Below are positions 39,556 to 47,939 of a stretch of DNA of 58,516 nt, one piece after another (position 1 is the first letter of the stretch; each line of letters opens with the position of its first letter). The DNA comes from Calditrichia bacterium. GTDB taxonomy: Bacteria; Calditrichota; Calditrichia; Calditrichales; J004. The DNA lies in NCBI GenBank assembly GCA_027006055.1, contig JALTKX010000155.1, forward strand, positions 1 through 58,516, given 5' to 3'. A program made the position numbers and the translations under genes. The notes below the pieces were generated by a model. It saw only the letters and a list, made by a program, of their open reading frames with translations. It made no database searches and was not told where the DNA came from.

Positions 39556-42378
39556 ATGAAGAATTTAAACATCGGAGAGATGCTTAAACCGGCCGGAAGC
39601 GGTAAGGCTCAGGCCTTGCAGCCCAAAAACAGTCCCGGGAAAAAGGGACAAGCCTTTGCTCGTCTTATACAAAACAGCGCGGTCTCTGTAAAAAAACAGA
39701 GCGCGGCGCCGGGGGGCGCGCGGCAGATGGCCCATATTAAGATTAAAGCAAATTCAGGGACATTGCTTGCGCCCGCGAAGGGTAAGGCTCCCGATTTAGG
39801 TTCCGCCTCCGGTGCTTTAAAAAAATCCCTTATAAAAAAGAACCCGCAAGCTAAGGCGGGTGGCACCGCCCCGGAGACGGGGCCGACGTTTGTGGCGGCC
39901 AATGTGCCCGGTTCCCTGAAACAATTTATCCGGGATGTTGCCGCATCCGGTGCGGATATGAAAGCTTTGAGTTCCGATAACAGGAAGATGCTGTTCTCTA
40001 TGGTTAAGACACTGGAGTCGACCCTGACCGGTCAAAAATCCGGAAGCGCCGCGGGCGGGAAGAGTGTTTCTGCATCATTCACAATGATGGAAAAAGGTAC
40101 AGACAGGCCCGTTCGTATGGAAAAAAGCGGTGATGTGATTCGTCTGGTGGCGCCGGCGGAGTTGCGCACCTCCCTGAACCGAATGAAACCGGCCCTTAAA
40201 CAGATGCTGCAAAAATATTTTAAACCCGCGGGGGATAGCAATGCCGGGCCTTTAAAATTGAAAATATCCTATAAGGAAAATATGCCGGAGGCGGAAGAAA
40301 CAGCCTCCCGGCAAAAATCGGGAAAGGGCAGACCTTCCGTGAAGGGCGGGGTTGCACCCCCGGCGCCTTCAGCCGATAAAAAAGGTCACACCGCCTCCGT
40401 CCCGGATAAAGGTGGCCGGGCCCCGGCATCAGGTGGGAAGGAAACGACGGGAACGCCGAGCGCTTCCGCTTCTTCCACGGGCATAAAGTTAAAGGGAACG
40501 CCCGCGTCTGTTAAGGATGGGGTTGCGTCCCCGGCGTCTTCAGCCGATAAAAAAGGTCAGTCCGCCTCCGTCGCGGATAAAGCGGGCCGGGCTCCGGCAT
40601 CAGTGGGGAAGGGAACGACGGGAACGCCGGACGCATCCGCTTCTTCCACGGGCATAAAGTTAAAGGGAACGGTCGCGCCTGTTAAGGACAGGGTTGCGCC
40701 GGCGTCTTCAGCCGATAAAAAAGGTCAGTCTGCCTCCGTCCCGGATAAAGCGGCCCGGACTCCGGCATCAGTGGGGAAGGAAACGACGGAAACGCCGGGC
40801 ACTACCGCTTCTTCCACGGGCATAAAGTTAAAGGGAACGGCCGCGCCTGTTAAGGACGGGGTTTCACCGCTGGCGCCCTCGGTCGATAAAAAAGGTAAGT
40901 CCGCCTCCGTCCCGGATAAAGATGGCCGGACTCCGGCATCAGTGGGGAAAGAAACGACGGGAACGCCAAGCGCCTCCGCTTCGACGACAGGCAGGAAGGT
41001 GAAGGGAGAAAACGGTGTGTCCGTTAAAGGCGCGGTGGCCTCTGCCGGTGAAAAGAACACAACCGTTCGGGAACGGGGAAAAGCGATGCCTAAAACAGAG
41101 ACCGCTGTTGCGGATGAATTTAAGGCGGATAAGAAAAATCGAACGCCCCTTAAGGCGGAAATGAGACCAATGCCGGAACAAAAGCAGATGTTGGAGAAAA
41201 AGGAAAGCCCGGTGGTGACCGCGAAAAAGACCCCGCCGGGAGCGGAAAAACAGCTACGGGAAGCGGCTCCCTCGGAGAAGGGCGGCCCCGGTGAAAGGGT
41301 CTCCTTAAAAGACGGGCCCAAAGAGTTTACCAATGAAAGTGTGAAGAAGAGGACTCCGTTGAGTGCAAAAGGCGCGTTCGCCGCGCAAAAGACGGAAGTT
41401 CCCATAAATGAAGCTTCCGCCACCCGTGAGCGGACGGATATAAAAGCGGATCAGGCGCGTCTTTCCGCCGGAGAAGAGGCGAAAAGCGGCGGTGCCGCGG
41501 AAAAAACGTTATCGGCTTCTACTCCGGTAAAGGAGGCGGCTGTTAAAAAGAGCGTTTCAGAGAAAGCCGGGGCTAAGGCAGCCTCCCCGCAAAAAACGGA
41601 TGTGTCCGGTGATGAAATGACGGAGAAAACCACCAGGTTGACGCCGGAAAAAAGCGGCGCGCGCCCGTTAAATGCGGATGAGGCCCGGATGAGCGCCTCT
41701 CACAGGGAAAACGCGCGCGTCACTCCCTCGAGGGTAAGCGAAAGCCGGCCGGCACAGGGGGCGGCAACGGCGGAAAAGAACGCGGATACTCCCAAAAACA
41801 GCAGCGGGGAGAACAGTGGAAACGCCTTTAAGGAGAGCAGCCCTTCCGCTAACACACAACGGGTGGAGCATACTTCGCCCGATGAAAACGGCAAAGTGGA
41901 TTTTACGCGCCATATGCGGGAAGCCGTCAGGGACGTGCATCCGGCAAGCGGCGGGCAACGCACGCAACCGCCACTGAAAACACAAAACCTGGTGGATATA
42001 ATTGCCAGGCACCGAAACCGTGTTTTGGGCAATCAACGCATGATTGTGGACGGCGGGGCCCTGGGCGATCTGGATGTGCGCATTGAGGAACAGGCCAGGG
42101 GCAAGGCTTTGCATATCTATGTGGATAATGAAAGCGCCCGGCAGGAAGTGCAAAAAATGGCTCCGGCCATACTTAACGGATTGCAGGCCAGGGACATTCC
42201 CCTGACAGGCGTGGTAGTGGATTATGACAAAAACCGTGACGGCCAAAAGGGCCCTCGGCAAAAACCACAGGAGAAAAACATAACCATAAACAAAAAGGAG
42301 GAAGAGAATGAAGAACATTCATCCCATATAAGGTCACCAAGAAAATACGGTTACAATACCGTTGAATTTGTGGCATAA
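39556..42378 (+). CDS. fliK: Hook-length control protein FliK (very long, 940 aa)
   Basis: Low-complexity A/S/K/P/T body, C-terminal T3S4-like 'LGDLDVRI...LHIYVDNESARQEVQKMAPAILNGL'; precedes flgD. Confidence 0.82.
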   Translation: MKNLNIGEMLKPAGSGKAQALQPKNSPGKKGQAFARLIQNSAVSVKKQSAAPGGARQMAHIKIKANSGTLLAPAKGKAPDLGSASGALKKSLIKKNPQAKAGGTAPETGPTFVAANVPGSLKQFIRDVAASGADMKALSSDNRKMLFSMVKTLESTLTGQKSGSAAGGKSVSASFTMMEKGTDRPVRMEKSGDVIRLVAPAELRTSLNRMKPALKQMLQKYFKPAGDSNAGPLKLKISYKENMPEAEETASRQKSGKGRPSVKGGVAPPAPSADKKGHTASVPDKGGRAPASGGKETTGTPSASASSTGIKLKGTPASVKDGVASPASSADKKGQSASVADKAGRAPASVGKGTTGTPDASASSTGIKLKGTVAPVKDRVAPASSADKKGQSASVPDKAARTPASVGKETTETPGTTASSTGIKLKGTAAPVKDGVSPLAPSVDKKGKSASVPDKDGRTPASVGKETTGTPSASASTTGRKVKGENGVSVKGAVASAGEKNTTVRERGKAMPKTETAVADEFKADKKNRTPLKAEMRPMPEQKQMLEKKESPVVTAKKTPPGAEKQLREAAPSEKGGPGERVSLKDGPKEFTNESVKKRTPLSAKGAFAAQKTEVPINEASATRERTDIKADQARLSAGEEAKSGGAAEKTLSASTPVKEAAVKKSVSEKAGAKAASPQKTDVSGDEMTEKTTRLTPEKSGARPLNADEARMSASHRENARVTPSRVSESRPAQGAATAEKNADTPKNSSGENSGNAFKESSPSANTQRVEHTSPDENGKVDFTRHMREAVRDVHPASGGQRTQPPLKTQNLVDIIARHRNRVLGNQRMIVDGGALGDLDVRIEEQARGKALHIYVDNESARQEVQKMAPAILNGLQARDIPLTGVVVDYDKNRDGQKGPRQKPQEKNITINKKEEENEEHSSHIRSPRKYGYNTVEFVA
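40333..41006 (+). repeat. Four in-frame tandem repeats (periods 171, 168, 171 bp) inside fliK
   Basis: GGCATAAAGTTAAAGGGAACG at 40480, 40651 and 40819, with a variant at 40990; GATAAAAAAGGT recurs four times. Confidence 0.95.
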
Positions 42379-42393
42379 CAGAAAGGAAAAACA

Positions 42394-43083
42394 ATGGATA
42401 CCGGTTCCATAAACACAGCCACCACGGGCACAAGCGCTCTCTCCGATACCAGGGTATTTCAAAACAGCCTGGGTAAGGAGGAGTTTTTAAAACTGCTTGT
42501 GGTACAGCTCCAGAATCAGGACCCCCTGTCGCCCTTGGAAAGTCAGGAGTTTTCAGCGCAATTGGCCCAGTTTAGTTCCGTGGAACAGCTGACCAATATT
42601 GACAACAATCTGGAAGAGAGCATTCAATCGAACGTTGTTCTCAGTCAGACGATCAATAACACGCTGGCAACCACCCTGATAGGCAAGCAGGTGACGGCGG
42701 CGGGCAACCAGGTTGAGCTAGTTGAGGGAACGCCTGCAAAGGTTTCCTTTGAACTGCAAACCGCCGCCCAGGACGTTACCGTCACCATCACCGATAGCGC
42801 GGGCAATGTGGTACGCACCCTGGAAGGGCAAGGCCTGAACTCCGGCATACAAAGCCTGGAATGGGACGGTCGGGATGACGACGGCGTCGCCGTTCCGGAC
42901 GGGATATACAGCTTTAGCGTTAAGGCGACGGACGCCACGGGCGCGGAGATTGTATCGCAGCCCCTGATTCGAGGCGTTGCCGGCTCACTGCTTTATAGCG
43001 GGGGCGCCGCTTATCTGCGGATTGGCGCGCTTAACGTGAGCTTTGGAGATGTGCTGGAAATAAGCGGCGGATTGGGAGGATAA
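42394..43083 (+). CDS. flgD: Hook capping protein FlgD
   Basis: FLKLLVVQLQNQDPLSP, QLAQFSSVEQL, WDGRDDDG. Confidence 0.97.
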   Translation: MDTGSINTATTGTSALSDTRVFQNSLGKEEFLKLLVVQLQNQDPLSPLESQEFSAQLAQFSSVEQLTNIDNNLEESIQSNVVLSQTINNTLATTLIGKQVTAAGNQVELVEGTPAKVSFELQTAAQDVTVTITDSAGNVVRTLEGQGLNSGIQSLEWDGRDDDGVAVPDGIYSFSVKATDATGAEIVSQPLIRGVAGSLLYSGGAAYLRIGALNVSFGDVLEISGGLGG

Positions 43084-43084
43084 T

Positions 43085-43489
43085 ATGAAAGCGGCCGATC
43101 TGCAAATACGCGCGGCGCATATAGGCGCCCCGCAAAAAATACGCCAACCACAAAACACACCTAAAAATCCGGCACAGGTTGCCGGGCCGCGGGTTGACTT
43201 TGGCGACATGCTGAAAAAACAGGTGGATCAGGACAGGCAGGTGCAGTTTTCCGCGCACGCGGCTAAACGCCTGCAGGACCGTTCGCTTGAGCTGACGCCG
43301 GACAGGCTGGAAAGGCTGAATGAAGGCGTGAAACAGGCTGACGCCAAAGGGGCGGTTAATTCCCTGGTTTTGGTGGATGACACGGCCTTTGTGGTAAGCG
43401 TAAGGAATAACACGGTGATTACCGCTCTCGACAAATCGGGAACGACGGGAAAGGTTTTCACCAATATCGATAGCGTAGCTATTATGTAA
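43085..43489 (+). CDS. TIGR02530-family flagellar operon protein
   Basis: FSAHAAKRLQDR...AKGAVNSLVL...VSVRNNTVITA...VFTNIDS; located between flgD and flgE. Confidence 0.88.
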   Translation: MKAADLQIRAAHIGAPQKIRQPQNTPKNPAQVAGPRVDFGDMLKKQVDQDRQVQFSAHAAKRLQDRSLELTPDRLERLNEGVKQADAKGAVNSLVLVDDTAFVVSVRNNTVITALDKSGTTGKVFTNIDSVAIM

Positions 43490-43501
43490 ATAACAGAAAC
43501 C

Positions 43502-43577
43502 GGGCTGGACCCAGGGAAAATTTTCCGAGGGAAGCCCTTGATGCCGCCGAACGATTGACGCGGTAATCTCAAGGAGG
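43502..43577 (+). promoter_or_regulatory. Putative structured cis-regulatory RNA in the flgE leader
   Basis: Hairpin 1 GGGCU/AGCCC + CCC/GGG + GGAA/UUCC; hairpin 2 UGCCGC/GCGGUA, extended by CCUUGA/UCAAGG over the RBS. Confidence 0.65.
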
Positions 43578-43585
43578 AATATATT

Positions 43586-45583
43586 ATGTTAAAGTCTTTA
43601 AGTTCCGGTGTATCCGGATTGCGTAACTATCAGATGAAAATCGATGTGTTGGGTAACAACATTGCCAATGTAAATACCGTGGGTTTTAAGGGCTCGCGCA
43701 TTAATTTTAGCGAAGCCCTGAACCAGACGCTGAAAAATGCCAAGCCCGGCGTGGGCACGGGTTTTATTAACCCGGTTCAGGTGGGCCTGGGAATGAACAC
43801 ATCTTCCATAGAAAATATCTTTACCCAGGGCGCTCTGGAAAATACGGGTGTTTCCACCGACCTGGCCCTGGAAGGGGAAGGCTTTTTTATGCTCAAAAAC
43901 GGCGATACCAACCTCTTTACCCGCGCCGGGAATTTTTTCTTTAATACAGAGGGCAAGCTGGTTAACCAAAAAGGTCTGGCGGTTCAGGGCTGGTTGCTGC
44001 CCTTGGCGGATAACGCGGGCGGCCTGGGCTTTGGCAATACGTCGGATATTACCATCGATTTTGATATGGCCTCTCCGGCTAACGCCACGCAAAATGTCTA
44101 TCTGACCGGTAATATCAACGCCGGCAACCAAACCGTGGCCGAAGTGTGGGAGTCGCCCAAAGCCTATATTGAGCGGGCCATCGTTACCGGCAGCGGCACC
44201 GCCCCCACCTATCCGGTTACCATAACCGCCGGTAGCAACGATGAATTCTCCATTGTCATTCAGGATAACGCCACTTCGTCCATACAGGGAGATTTGACCC
44301 TGTCCGCCGGTAGTTACGCGGATGTGGATGCCCTAGTGACCGAAATAAATACCCAGATTGCGGCAACCTCGAATATCAGCAACCGCGTTACGGCGGTTAA
44401 CAACGGGGGAACATTGGAGTTTCAACAGGTGAATGGTGACGAAAACACTACCATCACCATTAATGACGGCACAAACAGTGCCCTGGCCAGCATCGGTTAT
44501 GCGGATGGCGACAGTGATTCGGCCGCCATTGCCTCTTCCACCACCGCGCTGAATGATCTGTTGGAAAATACCACTTTTCTTGAGGGACTTCAGGACGGAG
44601 ATAAAATAGATATTTCGGGCACCAACCCCGATGGCAGCGCGGTAACCTCTACCTTTACCTATGGCGCGACCAATGACGGCACTACCCTGGGAGACCTGGT
44701 GACCGTTTTGGGCAACAGCTATAGCGGCGTTACGGTCAGCCTGAGCGATGGCATTATAACTATGACCGACGATGTTCCGGGCGATAGCGAAACCACGGTC
44801 ACTCTGGCCAATAATACAAATAACACCGGTTCGATGACCTTCCCCGGGTTTGTAAACCCCGTTCCCGGTAATACGGGAAAAGCTACAGCTTCCGTGTTGG
44901 TGTACGACTCTCTCGGCGCCAGCCAAAACCTGATTTTGGAATTTACCAATACCGGTTCCAATAACGAATGGACCTGGCAGGCCACCACCACGGGCGACGC
45001 CTCCATAGCTAGCGGCGGATCGGGCAGGGTGACCTTTGATCAAAGCGGTAACCTGACCTCCTTTACCTATGACGGCGGTGTGAACCAGCTTACCCTGAAT
45101 CCCGGGAACGGCGCCGCGCAGACCTCCATTTTACTGCATGCGCAAAGCACGGCGGAATCCACCGGTATCACTCAGTTTGAAGCCGTATCCACCCTTACCG
45201 TGAGCGAACAGGATGGTAATCCCTCGGGAGAGTTGATTGGTATAACCATCGACCGCGATGGCGTTATCTCCGGTTCCTTTAGCAATGGGGATATCCAAAG
45301 CATGGCGCGCATTGCCCTGGCCCAGTTTGCCAACAATGTGGGGCTTAGCGATCTGGGCGACGGTTTATATGCCAAAAGTATCGCCTCCGGCGATCCCATG
45401 ATTATAAATCCCGAGGCGGATTTATCCACCGGCGTCGTTTCCGGCGCGCTGGAGATGTCCAATGTTGACCTGGCCGAAGAGTTCACCCAGATGATCACCG
45501 CCCAGCGGGGATTTCAGGCGAATGCCAAGGTTATTACCACCGCGGACACAATTCTTGATGAATTGATCCGTTTGAAACGATAA
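43586..45583 (+). CDS. flgE: Flagellar hook protein FlgE with large central insertion
   Basis: GNNIANVNTVGFK, DLALEGEGFF, TRAGNF, LEMSNVDLAEEF...QRGFQAN. Confidence 0.96.
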   Translation: MLKSLSSGVSGLRNYQMKIDVLGNNIANVNTVGFKGSRINFSEALNQTLKNAKPGVGTGFINPVQVGLGMNTSSIENIFTQGALENTGVSTDLALEGEGFFMLKNGDTNLFTRAGNFFFNTEGKLVNQKGLAVQGWLLPLADNAGGLGFGNTSDITIDFDMASPANATQNVYLTGNINAGNQTVAEVWESPKAYIERAIVTGSGTAPTYPVTITAGSNDEFSIVIQDNATSSIQGDLTLSAGSYADVDALVTEINTQIAATSNISNRVTAVNNGGTLEFQQVNGDENTTITINDGTNSALASIGYADGDSDSAAIASSTTALNDLLENTTFLEGLQDGDKIDISGTNPDGSAVTSTFTYGATNDGTTLGDLVTVLGNSYSGVTVSLSDGIITMTDDVPGDSETTVTLANNTNNTGSMTFPGFVNPVPGNTGKATASVLVYDSLGASQNLILEFTNTGSNNEWTWQATTTGDASIASGGSGRVTFDQSGNLTSFTYDGGVNQLTLNPGNGAAQTSILLHAQSTAESTGITQFEAVSTLTVSEQDGNPSGELIGITIDRDGVISGSFSNGDIQSMARIALAQFANNVGLSDLGDGLYAKSIASGDPMIINPEADLSTGVVSGALEMSNVDLAEEFTQMITAQRGFQANAKVITTADTILDELIRLKR

Positions 45584-45591
45584 TAAATAAT

Positions 45592-45626
45592 GCCGGCGTC
45601 ACAATACAGGTGGCGCCGGTTATTTT
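45592..45626 (+). terminator. Intrinsic terminator-like hairpin after flgE
   Basis: GCCGGCGTCAC-AATACAG-GTGGCGCCGGT followed by TATTTT. Confidence 0.6.
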
Positions 45627-45646
45627 AACACTTTAAGGAGTATCAG

Positions 45647-46420
45647 ATGGAACTTGGAAGCGCAATTGGTCTGGTCGCCGGAGCACTGTTGGTGGTTGTT
45701 GGTATTCTGCTTGGCGGTCCTCTCGGTCCTTTTTTGGACCTGGCTTCCTTTATTGTGGTTGTGGGCGGCGCCATTGCGGCGACTTTGATCGCCACTTCGC
45801 TCAGTGACGTAATTGCCGTGGCCAATGTGGTGAAAAATGCCTTTCTCGGCCCCAAGCTGGATTTTGTAAATCTTATCGAAGCCATCGTGGAGATGGCCCG
45901 CAAGGCACGCCGCGAAGGCTTGCTGGCCGTGGATAAGGAGGTCAATAAAATTCAAAACCCCTTTCTTAAAAGCGGCATGGAAATGGTGGTGGACGGAACG
46001 GAACCCGAACTGATACGCCAGGTGATGGAGACCGAGCTCTCCTATATGCAAATACGGCATTCCACGGGGCAAAATCTGTTGAATACCCTGGGCACCTATG
46101 CCCCGGCTTTTGGCATGATCGGTACCCTGATGGGGCTGATTGCCATGTTGCAGAACCTGGACGATCCGGCCGCTATCGGACCCGGTATGGCCGTGGCCCT
46201 GATAACCACGTTTTACGGAGCCCTGTTTTCCAACCTGATCTTTTTGCCCCTGGCCACCAAGCTGGGTAAACATAACGATCAGGAAACACTGGAAAAGGAG
46301 ATGATCATCGAGGGGGTTCTGGCCATACAGTATGGCGAGCACCCCAATACCATTTCCCGCAAACTATTAAACTTTTTGCCTCCCAAGGAGCGTGATAAGT
46401 TAAACCTTGATCCTAAGTAA
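45647..46420 (+). CDS. motA: Stator A subunit (MotA/PomA/MotP family)
   Basis: ARREGLLA, APAFGMIGTLMGLI, MAVALITTFYG. Confidence 0.95.
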   Translation: MELGSAIGLVAGALLVVVGILLGGPLGPFLDLASFIVVVGGAIAATLIATSLSDVIAVANVVKNAFLGPKLDFVNLIEAIVEMARKARREGLLAVDKEVNKIQNPFLKSGMEMVVDGTEPELIRQVMETELSYMQIRHSTGQNLLNTLGTYAPAFGMIGTLMGLIAMLQNLDDPAAIGPGMAVALITTFYGALFSNLIFLPLATKLGKHNDQETLEKEMIIEGVLAIQYGEHPNTISRKLLNFLPPKERDKLNLDPK

Positions 46421-46431
46421 GCAGGTTTATA

Positions 46432-47127
46432 ATGGCAAAAAAAGAAAAACCGGAAACCGAGGAACCCAGCGCGCCGTTTTGGCTGGTAACCTTTAGCGAC
46501 ATGGTAACACTGCTGATGGTGTTCTTTATCCTCATCCTCTCTTTTTCAACCATCCAGTTGGAAAAGTTTAAAGGGGCCATGAGCTCCATGAAAGGTGCCC
46601 TGGGCGTTATGCCGGAAAATAACAGCACCTTTAAAATAGTTAACCCCAACTATGAAGATGAGGATACGATAATAAAGCAGGAAGTGTGGGATCAAATTGA
46701 AGAGATTGAAGCCCTGGCCAAGGAAATGGGCCTGGAGAACATGGTGGAAATTGAATACACCGGCACGGGGGTTATTGTGCGCATGGGCGATAACCTGTTG
46801 TTTGACAGCGGCAAGGCCTTTGTAAAAAAACAGGCCTATCCCATTCTGGACGCCGTGGCAAAATCTTTTAATCCCGAATCGAAGGAGATATATGTGGAAG
46901 GGCATACCGACAATGTGCCCATCCGCAGCTCCCGTTTTCCTTCCAACTGGGAGCTTTCGGCCATGCGCGCCCTGAACGTGGTTCGTTACCTGAACTCCGT
47001 TTGTAAAATAGACGCCGCAAAACTGGCCGCGGTGGGTCACGGCGAGCATCGCCCGTTGGTTCCCAATAACACACCGGCCAATCGCGCCAAGAATCGCCGG
47101 GTGGAACTCTTTTTTAAGATGAAATAA
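46432..47127 (+). CDS. motB: Stator B subunit (MotB/PomB/MotS family)
   Basis: WLVTFSDMVTLL, EGHTDN, SNWELSAMRA, NRRVE. Confidence 0.95.
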   Translation: MAKKEKPETEEPSAPFWLVTFSDMVTLLMVFFILILSFSTIQLEKFKGAMSSMKGALGVMPENNSTFKIVNPNYEDEDTIIKQEVWDQIEEIEALAKEMGLENMVEIEYTGTGVIVRMGDNLLFDSGKAFVKKQAYPILDAVAKSFNPESKEIYVEGHTDNVPIRSSRFPSNWELSAMRALNVVRYLNSVCKIDAAKLAAVGHGEHRPLVPNNTPANRAKNRRVELFFKMK

Positions 47128-47319
47128 GCGCCGGGGGCAAAAAAAAACTTGGCGGAAAATCTTTCCTCTTTAACGGTTCACTTTTCCAGTTTCCGTGGGC
47201 GTGTATCTTTACGCGGAGTTTATTCCTTTTTTCCACAATAGTGTATAAGTGTATAATAAACAATATTTTATCAATATATATCCCTCCGGGGGTTCCCCCC
47301 TGTCCCCATAAAAAATCTT

Positions 47320-47337
47320 TTGGCATGGTAATTGACA
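47320..47337 (+). promoter_or_regulatory. sigma54 -24/-12 promoter of the fliL operon (GG-N10-GA variant)
   Basis: TTGGCATGGTAATTGACA, about 45 nt upstream of fliL; matches the flgB element. Confidence 0.7.
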
Positions 47338-47381
47338 AATAACAAGGCAGTTGAATTGTTATTTACCACCAAGAGGTTATC

Positions 47382-47930
47382 ATGGCAGAAGAAAATGAAG
47401 TTCAGGAAGCGGCCGCGGCTCCGGAAGCGGCGCCTAAAAAATCCAAGACGGGCCTGTATCTAACCATCATCGTAGTGCAGCTTCTGATAGCCGGGTTTTT
47501 GATCTGGAAATTTGTATTCCCCGAATATGAAGAGATCAAGACCGCGAATGACGTGGCTTTGGGACGCTACGAAGCGCCAAAGGAAGCCAAAGACGCCGGC
47601 GAGGAAGAAGATGGCGAAGTAAAGGAGTTGGGTCCTTTATACGCATTTGAAAATTTAACCGTGAACCCCAAGGGATCGCGCGGAATGCGTTATGCCGTGG
47701 TGGGTTTAAGCGCCGAACTGGACAGCGAGGAGGACGTTCCCTTACTGGATCAGTATAAAACGGTGCTGGTGGATAATTACATCGCCTATATGCGCAAGCA
47801 CACGATGAAGGAACTGGCCGAAGAGTCCACCATGGATTCCCTGAAGGTGGGTTTTAAAATGCTGACCAATGAGCTGTTGGGCCGGGAAGTGGTTAAAAAC
47901 GTTTACTTTACACAATTTGTACTGCAATAG
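47382..47930 (+). CDS. fliL: FliL
   Basis: Single TM, LTVNPKG, VKNVYFTQFVLQ. Confidence 0.92.
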   Translation: MAEENEVQEAAAAPEAAPKKSKTGLYLTIIVVQLLIAGFLIWKFVFPEYEEIKTANDVALGRYEAPKEAKDAGEEEDGEVKELGPLYAFENLTVNPKGSRGMRYAVVGLSAELDSEEDVPLLDQYKTVLVDNYIAYMRKHTMKELAEESTMDSLKVGFKMLTNELLGREVVKNVYFTQFVLQ

Positions 47931-47939
47931 GAAGCAAGC

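Noticed and set aside
40333-41006. Repeat array as CRISPR or a mobile element
   Set aside because: Repeats are in-frame, about 170 bp and contiguous, with no unique spacers and no cas or transposase genes.
43502-43577. flgE leader as a c-di-GMP-I/II riboswitch or a terminator
   Set aside because: It lacks the GGCAAA/GAAA-tetraloop/GCAAA pattern and an evident pseudoknot, and has no U-tract. It is kept as an unassigned structured RNA.
47287-47300. GGGGGTTCCCCC dyad upstream of fliL
   Set aside because: A two-nt loop and homopolymer arms; too weak to call.
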